The translations under genes were made by a program, and so were the position numbers. 64,000 nucleotides of DNA from Akkermansiaceae bacterium (lineage in GTDB: Bacteria > Verrucomicrobiota > Verrucomicrobiia > Verrucomicrobiales > Akkermansiaceae). Each line of letters opens with the position of its first letter. Positions within the stretch are counted from its first letter, which is position 1. The stretch is taken from positions 32,001 to 96,000 of the forward strand of contig JBPOGF010000001.1 in NCBI GenBank assembly GCA_051251915.1, written 5' to 3'. Under the pieces are notes generated by a model that was not told the origin of the DNA, ran no database searches, and saw only the letters and a program-made list of their open reading frames with translations. Below, in pieces: positions 1 through 8,810 of the stretch.

Positions 1-81
1 CTGGGCGAAAACGGTTGAAGTCAATACAACCGTGAACAGTGATGTTATCAGAGTGATTCTTAGGTAGTTGATGTATTTCAT
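1..81 (-). CDS. Secreted protein, N-terminus only (runs off window start)
   Basis: ATG at 81 gives MKYINYLRITLITSLFTVVLTSTVFAQ, a Sec signal peptide. It starts 7 nt after the stop of the Verru_Chthon-A-like gene, so the two are probably co-transcribed. Confidence 0.7.
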   Translation of the reverse strand, partial: MKYINYLRITLITSLFTVVLTSTVFAQ

Positions 82-88
82 AGATTGA

Positions 89-3000
89 TTAAATTTCGTC
101 TTCGGAGAGCCAGCGGAAGGATACGACTACGAATTTCCTGCCGTATTCCTTGTTTAGATCAGACTGTAGGTCCGCAAATTCTGTAGATTCGTCCAGCGGG
201 TCAACGTAATCTGCTTTTCTCTGGACTACTGCTTCACACCAACTTTTGGCGGTAACTTTTCCGCTAAGGTCTTTTACTTCCCCATATGCACGGATGACGA
301 AGGTGTCATCACGAGCGGTCAAGATAGGGGCGATAGGTCTGAGTATGTCTGCTTGCCTTGGCCAACCGGGAGTGCCGTAAGCTGCGTAACCTTCTGCGGC
401 CTTCGGATACTCGTAGATAGATGCCGCATCAGAAGGGAGTGTTGCCTGCTGTGGAAATGCTGCTTGGATTTCTGCGAACGGATTATCTGTAGGGAGTTCA
501 GCTAGTTTCATGAGGGCGGTTTCAATGGCTCCCGCCATTGCTAGGTTGTCATCAGTGCTTAGCTGTCTGTTGACAAACTCGGATAGTGATAGGAAGGGGC
601 CGCGCGCTTTGACTTGTTTGACTATTTCGGTAGCAAGAGCCTTGATTTGTGAGTCAGTCATTGTGCTGTAGGTGGCCAATCTAGCCTTTTCGCTATCTGA
701 TGAAGATAGAGGGTCTCCTGCGACGGTTGTTCTGCTAATAACGGTTTCAGATGAGGTTTGTAGCTTGGTGCTCCAATCGTCAGCACTAGCGGCACCTACG
801 GATGAGTAGGGGACTTGCACTTCTCTCTGGTTCATGAGAAGAGCGGTCCAAGCATCGACGGATGTGGAATTGATATTGAACATGCCTTCGACTTCGATTT
901 CAGAAGCAATATCATGCCATATTTCCGTGTTCGAGAGGGTGTCGGTAGCAGCTGTGGTTGCCTGAGTATCAGATACTGGTTTGGCGGGTAGGTAGCGCTG
1001 GTTTCTGAGAGGAGTTTTTCTGGAAAGGTGATCCGCGTAGACCTCTTCGATGGTGCGGTTTTCAATTTGGGTGAATGCTTCAACGTCGGGAGTGATGGAG
1101 GAGATGAACCAGTCATCGAAGAACACGTGGTTACTGACGTAGCTGTGATCATAGCTAAAGGTGTTGCTACTGTCGTTGATTTTATTTCGGGCGATGTGTG
1201 GGCTTGCGTGGCTATTTCCTATGGCATTGGAGACTCTGGGAGCGTGTTGGTTTCTGAAGCGAACATCAAAATGTTGAAGTTCACCTAGGGATAATAGGGG
1301 TTGGGTAGGAAGTTCTGCTATTGTCCAACGGTTTAGGCCTAGGCCTGATTGGAATGATGAGCCTACGTAGCCGCTGTGATCGTTCCCGAACGCAGCGGAG
1401 TCGTCGGACTGGGGAATGAAGGGGTCTTCCCATGAGTTAGGGGCGAAGATTTCCCATGTATAGGGACTCTCTTCAGCACTGACTCCTGCGGCGATATTGG
1501 TGCCAGTAATAATTGGGTTTGTATTGATATAGCCTTTTGTATGAATTTTTGAGAGTTGTTCTGATGTATCCTCATTCAAGATGGTTCTCAGTCCTACCGA
1601 TACGACTAAAAATGGGCTGTCTTCTTCTTGAGCGCTTTTTAGGGTCTGGTTGTCATTGACTAGGCTAGGCAAAGGAAGTTTTTCCTCAATGGTATCTGCT
1701 GGAGTGTTCATCCTATATCTTACCGACTTACTATTGAGATCAGCTCCGTCTGGAGTGTTCTGAGTCCTGGACCAAAAATACTGCAGATCGGCGAATACAT
1801 TCCCGTTATTTATTTTGTGTTCCCAGTCATAGGTAAACTTGTCGGTTGCAACACCGTCAGAGACACTAGCACCGGTCGATAGAGCTCTAACAAAGCTACC
1901 ATCAATGCGTAAGCCTGGGTCTAAATAGATAACCTGAATGCCGCTTTCGCCTTCGCCCTCCCTACCATAGAGACGGGATTCTCCGGGTTTAAACGTATTG
2001 TCATCACCCTGATTGGGGCTGACAACCATCCGCATCATGGGGGATTTTCCACTGGTCTCGATTAAATCCTGGATGTTTACTAGGGCTCTTGGCTGGTCGC
2101 CTACATTGACGTAGAGATTGAAAGGGAAAGTGGAGTTGTAGACGTGTAACAGGTTTGCAGGGGCAGATTCTATCGCTACGTTGTATGGATTCCACATGGT
2201 TACCGCAGGTTTGAATAGGAAGCGTGGAGTATAAACGTCATTTTTCACTGTGGCATCATATCCAAAGGCGAAGTGAGCTCTGGCCATGACGGGTTGGATA
2301 CTGATCCAGTCGCTGTCATTAGTAGCGACGGAATTGAAGTAGGGTTCTCCAGAAGTTGAATTTTTCTGAACTTTTTTGTAGAGAGATACAAAATCCATCA
2401 GTGCATGCCAACTCATGGCAACGTTATCTACGGAGACCCAAGGATAAATAGAAGCGTCTGAAGCGTTATTAGATAGTCTTAAGGAGGATTCCATTTCTTC
2501 CGCATAAGGTTCAGCTGAGAAAACGGGGAGACCGGTGGTTGGTAGGGTTCCTTCGTTCCATTTTTCCGCCATGAGTGAGAGATCGCGACGCCATCCACCG
2601 GTGGCTGTATTGGTGAGTAAGCCACGCGAGTATGAAGTAATGGCATGATGATATTTTTGGGATGCTGTTTCAGCGGCGTTGGTATTACTAGCGAGATCGA
2701 GGGTTCTTAACGAGACGGCTTTTCCGAGTTCATCTGGATTATCAAAATCAAAAGAGGAAGCATCGGCCAAGCCATTGGAGGCTAATCTTTGGCTCCATTC
2801 TTCATCCCCCGTGGGATCTGAGTCTGGTTGTTTGATGAGGGCTTTAGAGTTTTGACCTTGGATCCACCAAGCGTATGCGCCGGTTTCATTAATATCTGTG
2901 GGTATGAGATGGACCTCACCTTCGGTTACTGTTCCTAAACTTCCTTCAGCTAGTAGAGGAACAGTGTTAGTGCCTTCCATGAGGTCGGGGGGGGATGTAG

Positions 3001-3433
3001 CGTCTGCATCAGCTCCATCTCCAGAGATAAGCCAACCAAGGAAACGTCCGTCTGAGCCTGAAGTATAATCTTGAGCTTTGGCAGCGTAATCTGGCTGAAC
3101 GGGGAGGCCGGTTGATTTGTTGTGATTGTTTCCCTCCCAGGAGCGCCAGACACCCGTCAGCTGTTGTGGGCCGTTACTGCTGGCAAGTGCATCAGCGGGG
3201 GCTGTGACTCTTGTGTCTGAGCCAGCCATTTTCTGTAGTTCACCGATGGCAATCATCAAAGCCATGCGAGCATTACTCTTCGCAAGGATGTTATCTTTCT
3301 TGGTATTAGAGGAACGTGTTTCCACGACAGACAGCGACATCGTGGCGATTGCGATGATCATCAAGAGCGCCATGATAGTGATCGTCGAAATAAGGGCGAA
3401 GCCTCGAGAATGGGTTTGTTGGGTATTTGTCAT
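89..3433 (-). CDS. Verru_Chthon cassette protein A-like / PilX-type large pseudopilin-like protein
   Basis: N-terminal prepilin-like RGFALISTITIMALLMIIAIA plus ARMALMIAIGELQK..GSDTRVTA. Internal NINSTSVDAW and GPFLSLSEFVNR. C-terminal RDDTFVIRAYGE...GRKFVVVSFRWL. These blocks are typical of this verrucomicrobial family. Confidence 0.8.
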   Translation of the reverse strand: MTNTQQTHSRGFALISTITIMALLMIIAIATMSLSVVETRSSNTKKDNILAKSNARMALMIAIGELQKMAGSDTRVTAPADALASSNGPQQLTGVWRSWEGNNHNKSTGLPVQPDYAAKAQDYTSGSDGRFLGWLISGDGADADATSPPDLMEGTNTVPLLAEGSLGTVTEGEVHLIPTDINETGAYAWWIQGQNSKALIKQPDSDPTGDEEWSQRLASNGLADASSFDFDNPDELGKAVSLRTLDLASNTNAAETASQKYHHAITSYSRGLLTNTATGGWRRDLSLMAEKWNEGTLPTTGLPVFSAEPYAEEMESSLRLSNNASDASIYPWVSVDNVAMSWHALMDFVSLYKKVQKNSTSGEPYFNSVATNDSDWISIQPVMARAHFAFGYDATVKNDVYTPRFLFKPAVTMWNPYNVAIESAPANLLHVYNSTFPFNLYVNVGDQPRALVNIQDLIETSGKSPMMRMVVSPNQGDDNTFKPGESRLYGREGEGESGIQVIYLDPGLRIDGSFVRALSTGASVSDGVATDKFTYDWEHKINNGNVFADLQYFWSRTQNTPDGADLNSKSVRYRMNTPADTIEEKLPLPSLVNDNQTLKSAQEEDSPFLVVSVGLRTILNEDTSEQLSKIHTKGYINTNPIITGTNIAAGVSAEESPYTWEIFAPNSWEDPFIPQSDDSAAFGNDHSGYVGSSFQSGLGLNRWTIAELPTQPLLSLGELQHFDVRFRNQHAPRVSNAIGNSHASPHIARNKINDSSNTFSYDHSYVSNHVFFDDWFISSITPDVEAFTQIENRTIEEVYADHLSRKTPLRNQRYLPAKPVSDTQATTAATDTLSNTEIWHDIASEIEVEGMFNINSTSVDAWTALLMNQREVQVPYSSVGAASADDWSTKLQTSSETVISRTTVAGDPLSSSDSEKARLATYSTMTDSQIKALATEIVKQVKARGPFLSLSEFVNRQLSTDDNLAMAGAIETALMKLAELPTDNPFAEIQAAFPQQATLPSDAASIYEYPKAAEGYAAYGTPGWPRQADILRPIAPILTARDDTFVIRAYGEVKDLSGKVTAKSWCEAVVQRKADYVDPLDESTEFADLQSDLNKEYGRKFVVVSFRWLSEDEI

Positions 3434-3550
3434 ACGGGTTTTGGGTGTGGATTACAATCACATAATGTAATTACATTGTCAATGTAGTTGTTGCCTAATT
3501 TCTAGCTTATCCGGTAGAAATTGGGCCCTAATGCGAGAGAAAGGTAGACT

Positions 3551-3596
3551 ATTATAGTGCTTTTCTCAGCTTTGTGTATCGTATGTTTGTGCGATG
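3551..3596 (-). promoter_or_regulatory. Activator-type operator plus -10 box for the Verru_Chthon-A-like gene
   Basis: Minus strand reads CATCGCACAAACATACGATAC (3596-3576), then 19 nt, then TATAAT (3556-3551). A near-identical copy lies at 6430-6450. Confidence 0.7.
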
Positions 3597-3636
3597 CCTT
3601 AGAGGCCAGAATATCGAAGCCTTTTTGTGTTTCTAT

Positions 3637-4296
3637 TCAATCTCCAGCTTTAAGAACGCCGGTGCGATATGCTTTTCTAATGGCAGCTGGGGCATTTTTG
3701 ACATCAAATTTTTCGTAAATATGGCGGACATGTGTAGCGACAGTGAATGTGCTTATGTTGAGTTCGGTGGAGATTTCTTTTTTTACTTTGCCTTCACTAA
3801 GTAATGTGAGGACTTCAATCTCTCGAGCTGACAATAGACTTTCTTCTGGGATTCTAGGCATCTTTGACTGAATGGTCTCTATCATTAATTGAGCCACTAT
3901 GGGGTCAAGTGATGCACCACCGGTGATTACTGTTTTGATGCCCTCCCTGATCTGTGTTGTGCTAGCGGATTTCAATAGGTAGCCATTTGCTCCAGCTGAA
4001 ATGCAGGTTAGGATGTCTTTCTGACGGTCAGATTGGGTGAGGATGATGATTTTTATGTTCGGTTGGTACTGTTGGAATATGGGGAGGGCTTCTATACCTG
4101 ACATGCCGGGGAGGTTTAGGTCTAGCAGAATGAGATCGGGTGGGGAGTGGTTGTTCTGAAGTTCACGTAGGGCTACTTCTGCGGTGCCGAATTGGCTGCA
4201 AAGTTCCATTTCAGGTTGGTCTTCAAGAGCACTGGCGATGCCTAGGCGGTAGGCTCGATTATCTTCTACCAGCATGATTTTAGTTTTTGGGTTCAT
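3637..4296 (-). CDS. NarL/LuxR-family response regulator
   Basis: REC domain (LVEDN, LLDLNLPG, GYLLK) and LuxR HTH (LSAREIEVL...TVATHVRHIYEKF). Confidence 0.95.
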   Translation of the reverse strand: MNPKTKIMLVEDNRAYRLGIASALEDQPEMELCSQFGTAEVALRELQNNHSPPDLILLDLNLPGMSGIEALPIFQQYQPNIKIIILTQSDRQKDILTCISAGANGYLLKSASTTQIREGIKTVITGGASLDPIVAQLMIETIQSKMPRIPEESLLSAREIEVLTLLSEGKVKKEISTELNISTFTVATHVRHIYEKFDVKNAPAAIRKAYRTGVLKAGD

Positions 4297-4346
4297 TAGA
4301 TTATTTTTTGAAGGGGCTGTTTTTTGCGTTTTTGGGCTGCGTTTTT

Positions 4347-6362
4347 TTAAAAGCTTAGTTTGAGGAATTTTTTAGGTCGGATCTGGAGTGTGATGCAGGT
4401 GCCACCATTCTGGGGTTTTTCTATAGTAACCTTGCCACCGAGTAGACGTGCGCGACGTTTGAGTGAGGCTGGAGGTTGGAGTTCTCCTACTCCGGTTCCA
4501 TTGTCGGTGACGGAGAGCTGGAGTTTTCCGGAGTGAGCTGAGAGGTGTATCTTGACACGGGTGGCGCCAGAGTGGCGGAGAATGTTAGTGAGGCATTCCT
4601 TGTAGAAGCGGAAAAACCCATTTCTTCTGCGCGGTGATAAGGAGCGTATGATTTCCTCATCTGTGATGGTAATGGTGTAATACATGTCAGCGAGCAGGCG
4701 GTCTGCTAGTCTCTTCATCTCACCAGATAGATCTGCATAAATATCTTTTGCTGCTAACAGGTTAGTGCAGTAGCTTGCTGTTTCTCCGGTCTCTTTGGTG
4801 AGGTCGCATACAGTATCGGTGTATTTCATGAGTTTGCTCCATTTTCCGTCATTGTTGTGCTCTTCTACCTCTTGCTTGGCCAGATTACCGAAGAGGCCGA
4901 TCGCGTAGAGGTTGGCTCCGAGTTCATCATGCAGGTTCGCAGCGATACGCTCGCGTGTTTCGAAGATGGCTCGCTGTCGGGCAACTTTCTGGATTAGTAC
5001 GAGAATGATACCTCCGGCCAGCAGGAAAGCGATCAACCATGCTGCTAGTTTGAGGTTCGTGCTTTGTTTCTCGTATTGAGTGGTCAATTGAGCGATGACC
5101 TGTGGGCGTTCGATTTCGAGATCATGGCGAAGTTGTAGTTGTTTCATCCATGTCCGAACGGGAAGAATTTCGCCATATAGGTTACTACCATCAGTCAGAG
5201 CCTTAAATGAGCGAGTGTCTGGGCGGTGGGTTCCCGTTCCGCTAATTGGTTTGGCAAGTGCTACATTTATACCCTCAGAAAGCACTTCGATTTCGGTGAA
5301 TCCTATCTGGAAAAACTGACTTTCCGGATTGGCATCGGTGAGTCGGACATAGCGGCAGCTAGTTTCGGGTAGTTGCCACATGATCAGTGGCCCGATGTTT
5401 TCGAGACTTTTAAACTGAAAATGGAGCAGTTCAGTGGCATCTGAAAAATCAGCAAGGTTGGCAGCTTCTATCTTTAGATGGACAGGAATGCCGAAGTTGC
5501 CAGGGTGCGCCTGTGGTACGGTGTCGCTCTGTTCCACTGCATGGAGATGGATTCCAGAAATGGCAATCGGCTCACCTAGGTCGACGGTGAGGTGGGGATT
5601 GCGGGCTTTTTGGCTGACGTAGGCGATACTTTTTTTCCCAAGGGATCCATCCATTAAATAGGGGACGTTGCCATCAGTCAGGAAGCGCGATCCCCAAGCG
5701 CTTTCCAAACGTTCATTCTGGTTGGATGAAGCCGTAACTGGTTGTCGCAATGCTACATTTTCCTCCCCGCTGAATACGAGAATCTCGGAGAGCTGTAAGA
5801 CATACCGTTTATCGAAAAATCTGGCGCCGAGTAGAGTTGCCTCGATCTTAATCCAAGACGCCTTGGTCCCTTCTTTAACCTGAACCACTAGCGGGGCTAC
5901 CCGAGGAAGTAGGTGCTCAGTGGAGGGGTAATCCGCTATGACAGTTCCTGCACTGTCATTATCAGTGCCAGCAATGATACGGAATGAGTGAGGGAATGCA
6001 TGTGCGGTAAAGCCAAGCTTGGAATCTCGGTACAGCAGCGGAACTAGTACTACTTCGTCGATAGAGCGTTCTATTCCAAGGTCGATCTTTATCCATTCGG
6101 TGTGATCTCCGGTGATGTGGCTCATTGAGCGGTATCCGATGGCTCCGATTCCACCGCGTAGGCTGGGTTGTGCTAGTTCTTTGAGCTGGTGGTCAATATT
6201 ACTTAATCGCTGTTCGATCCCAGGGATATCTGTAGATGTTAGTGTATCGTCCTTACCGTTGCATGCGTGCAGGAAAAGTCCTGCCAATAAGGCTGTCCCA
6301 ACTGTTAGTAAGATCTTTAACACGGCTATTCTCATATCACGAAAAGCATTGAAAGAGAACAT
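4347..6362 (-). CDS. Membrane sensor histidine kinase (HisKA_3) with extracytoplasmic discoidin/F5-8-type (CBM32-like) domains
   Basis: EWIKIDLG, LSEILVFSGEENVALRQPVTASS, LTVDLG and FTEIEVLSEGINVALAKP repeats, then a TM helix, RERIAANLHDELG H-box, NILRHS and DNGTG. The true start may be ATG 6335. Confidence 0.9.
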   Translation of the reverse strand: MFSFNAFRDMRIAVLKILLTVGTALLAGLFLHACNGKDDTLTSTDIPGIEQRLSNIDHQLKELAQPSLRGGIGAIGYRSMSHITGDHTEWIKIDLGIERSIDEVVLVPLLYRDSKLGFTAHAFPHSFRIIAGTDNDSAGTVIADYPSTEHLLPRVAPLVVQVKEGTKASWIKIEATLLGARFFDKRYVLQLSEILVFSGEENVALRQPVTASSNQNERLESAWGSRFLTDGNVPYLMDGSLGKKSIAYVSQKARNPHLTVDLGEPIAISGIHLHAVEQSDTVPQAHPGNFGIPVHLKIEAANLADFSDATELLHFQFKSLENIGPLIMWQLPETSCRYVRLTDANPESQFFQIGFTEIEVLSEGINVALAKPISGTGTHRPDTRSFKALTDGSNLYGEILPVRTWMKQLQLRHDLEIERPQVIAQLTTQYEKQSTNLKLAAWLIAFLLAGGIILVLIQKVARQRAIFETRERIAANLHDELGANLYAIGLFGNLAKQEVEEHNNDGKWSKLMKYTDTVCDLTKETGETASYCTNLLAAKDIYADLSGEMKRLADRLLADMYYTITITDEEIIRSLSPRRRNGFFRFYKECLTNILRHSGATRVKIHLSAHSGKLQLSVTDNGTGVGELQPPASLKRRARLLGGKVTIEKPQNGGTCITLQIRPKKFLKLSF

Positions 6363-6429
6363 AAGAAGATGAAAATGTATTCAGGTTACTTTTTCATCAG
6401 GTTGACTCATGCTTACTAGAAATCCAGCT

Positions 6430-6475
6430 CATCGCACAAACGTGCGATACTCAGAGTGAGTATCTGTGATACAGT
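6430..6475 (+). promoter_or_regulatory. Operator plus extended -10 box for the PEP-CTERM gene
   Basis: CATCGCACAAACGTGCGATAC contains the perfect inverted repeat ATCGCAC-N4-GTGCGAT. 19 nt later comes TACAGT (6470-6475), preceded by TG-N. Confidence 0.7.
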
Positions 6476-6532
6476 TATAACAGAATTGACGACCATTATC
6501 ATTCTAATAACAAATACTCACAAATAAAAATA

Positions 6533-7342
6533 ATGAAAAAAACACTAACAATTTTAAGCGCTGGTCTAATGATGACAGGTGCGGCACAGGCGGTAACAAC
6601 TCTAATCGACTTCAATAACCTCAATAATGCTGATGTAAATACCTTGGATGTAGGAGGAGTAACTACGGATCTCACAGTTGTAAGATCTACAGTTACTGTC
6701 TCAGGAGCCGACCAGTATCATTTCGCAGTGAGTTATATGGGCGCAGACTTTGACGGTGATACTGTTAATGATACTCTTACCTTTAACTTTGTTGCTACTG
6801 GTATGAGTGGAAATACGGTGAGTTCGGGCTTTACAGTTGGTGGGAATCAGGAAAGCACAACAGGCTCAGTCGCACTAGACGGTGCTGCTGCTAGCCTTGG
6901 TACAACAGCCTCTACCTTTCATGTTGGAGCCACTAACATGAACGCTGGTGAAACTCTTATCTTCACTATTGACAGTCTTGTCGTATCTGGAACTACGGGT
7001 CCAGATGTATATGGCGCAACATTCACTGGTTTTGATAGAGTTCTTCTTGATCAGACATCGGGCACAGGGAATAGTCATCTTGGCATTGTTGGTTCTGGGA
7101 CAGATCTACTTTCGACTCAATTTGGCACGAATAAGACATACAATGTTGGTACTTATTCTCAGATTGGAGCGCAACCACTTTATATTTCTTCTGATGCAGC
7201 AATCAATGATTCTACTCGCCCATTTAACTGGGGAGTAGGACAACTTGATTTCGGCGTAACCGTGGATGTAGTACCAGAACCATCATCAACAGCTCTTCTT
7301 GGCTTAGGTTTTGTAGGATTGTTGATCCGTAGAAAGCGCTAG
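6533..7342 (+). CDS. PEP-CTERM sorting-domain surface protein
   Basis: Signal peptide, a Thr/Gly/Ser-rich beta-rich body, and C-terminal VPEPSSTALLGLGFVGLLIRRKR. Confidence 0.95.
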   Translation: MKKTLTILSAGLMMTGAAQAVTTLIDFNNLNNADVNTLDVGGVTTDLTVVRSTVTVSGADQYHFAVSYMGADFDGDTVNDTLTFNFVATGMSGNTVSSGFTVGGNQESTTGSVALDGAAASLGTTASTFHVGATNMNAGETLIFTIDSLVVSGTTGPDVYGATFTGFDRVLLDQTSGTGNSHLGIVGSGTDLLSTQFGTNKTYNVGTYSQIGAQPLYISSDAAINDSTRPFNWGVGQLDFGVTVDVVPEPSSTALLGLGFVGLLIRRKR

Positions 7343-7383
7343 TTAAAGAGTTAGGGGGTAAATACTTTCTCAATCAAAAATTT

Positions 7384-7429
7384 AACGGGTGAATAGTGAG
7401 TCTATTCGCCCGTTTTCATTTTGTTTTTT
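7384..7429 (+). terminator. Intrinsic terminator after the PEP-CTERM gene
   Basis: AACGGGTGAATAG-tgagt-CTATTCGCCCGTT hairpin followed by a T-rich tract. Confidence 0.8.
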
Positions 7430-7537
7430 AAATAGAATAAAATTTAGGATAGAATAGTTTGAAGGAATACTGTTATAGTTCCTGAAAATCGACTGATAGT
7501 TACTCAGAAATTTAAAACATTAAGAACCCAAAAATTT

Positions 7538-8662
7538 ATGAAAATCAATACACACACACTGACATTGATCGGCTGCGCGCTCGGTCTTGCAAATGCGAAC
7601 GCTTTAGAGCCTTTGACGGATGGAACTGCTGGTTATGTGGATCGTCAGGCGAAGCGGCTTCTTAATAAGCTGGATACGAACAAAGATGGAAAAGTTCAGA
7701 AGGTGGATAATGAGAAGTTATGGAAGCGTTATGGGCGGTATGATAAGGATAAAGATGGTGTTCTGAACCATGAGGAGGCGATGAATTCTCTAAGCAAGGC
7801 GATGGATACTCCGGGTAAGGAGTTGATGAATGTTTGTTATAAGCAGGTGGATGGGCGTAAGCTTTATATGGATTTCTATTTTCCGGATGAGGATACTAAG
7901 ACTGATAAGCCCGTGGTGGTGTTTACCCATGGGGGAGGATGGGCTGCGGGGAGTAAGGATAAGGCGGGGACTGGTAGTTTTGCGGAGGTGCATAAGGCGC
8001 TTCTGAAGGAGGGGTTTTGTGTGATGTCAGCGGGTTATCGACTTGTGAATAAGGGAGCGAACTCAGGGATGCGGGATTGTGTGATAGATGCGAAGGATGC
8101 GGTAAGGTTTATTTCTGCACATAAAAAGGAACTAGGGATTGATCCTAGCAAGATTTATACGTTTGGGGATTCAGCTGGTGGGCAGATGGCTCAGATGGTG
8201 TTACTTGCATCTCCGGATAGTTTGAAGGGTGATCCAGAGTTGGCGGAATTTAGTTATAAGACGGTAGCTGGGGTTTCTTGGTATGGGCCGTGTGATTTTC
8301 AGGATATTAGTTTGTTTAATCACGATGATAGAGATAATTTCAAGGATAGGTTCGGCGCGAGAATTATGGGTGGTGGGGCTAAGGCTGAGGATAAGGAGAA
8401 GCTTTATAAGGAGATGAGTCCGGTGAGCTATCTGACGAAGGAGAGTCCGCCGTTGCTGATGATTCAGGGAGATAAAGACACTACCATTCCTGTGAAGCAG
8501 GCTTATAGGATGCAGGAAGAACTAAAGACTGTTCCTGCACCTGTGGAGATCATGATTGTGAAGAATGCTGGGCACAACTGGCGTTCGGTGGATGCTCCTA
8601 TTGAGCCGACAAGAGCGGAAATAGTTCAGAAGACGATTGAGTTTTTCCTTAAGCATAAGTAA
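7538..8662 (+). CDS. Secreted alpha/beta-hydrolase (HSL/BD-FAE-like esterase) with an N-terminal EF-hand pair
   Basis: Signal peptide, DTNKDGKV and DKDKDGVL loops, HGGGW oxyanion motif, GDSAGG nucleophile, GDKD and AGH triad motifs. Confidence 0.9.
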   Translation: MKINTHTLTLIGCALGLANANALEPLTDGTAGYVDRQAKRLLNKLDTNKDGKVQKVDNEKLWKRYGRYDKDKDGVLNHEEAMNSLSKAMDTPGKELMNVCYKQVDGRKLYMDFYFPDEDTKTDKPVVVFTHGGGWAAGSKDKAGTGSFAEVHKALLKEGFCVMSAGYRLVNKGANSGMRDCVIDAKDAVRFISAHKKELGIDPSKIYTFGDSAGGQMAQMVLLASPDSLKGDPELAEFSYKTVAGVSWYGPCDFQDISLFNHDDRDNFKDRFGARIMGGGAKAEDKEKLYKEMSPVSYLTKESPPLLMIQGDKDTTIPVKQAYRMQEELKTVPAPVEIMIVKNAGHNWRSVDAPIEPTRAEIVQKTIEFFLKHK

Positions 8663-8810
8663 AGTCCTTAGAAGCGGGGCTTTGCCCTGGAAGCGGGGAG
8701 CGGGGAGCAGCTAAGCGTTTATCAGCCTTGAATGGTATGATACGATGCTTCTCAATGATGTGGCACCTCGGCATGACCTAAACATTTAAACTACCAATGA
8801 ATTACAAACT

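Noticed and set aside
8663..8810. Intergenic AGCGGGG triplet and a possible riboswitch or gene remnant
   Set aside because: I found no recognisable aptamer, stable fold or identifiable protein fragment.
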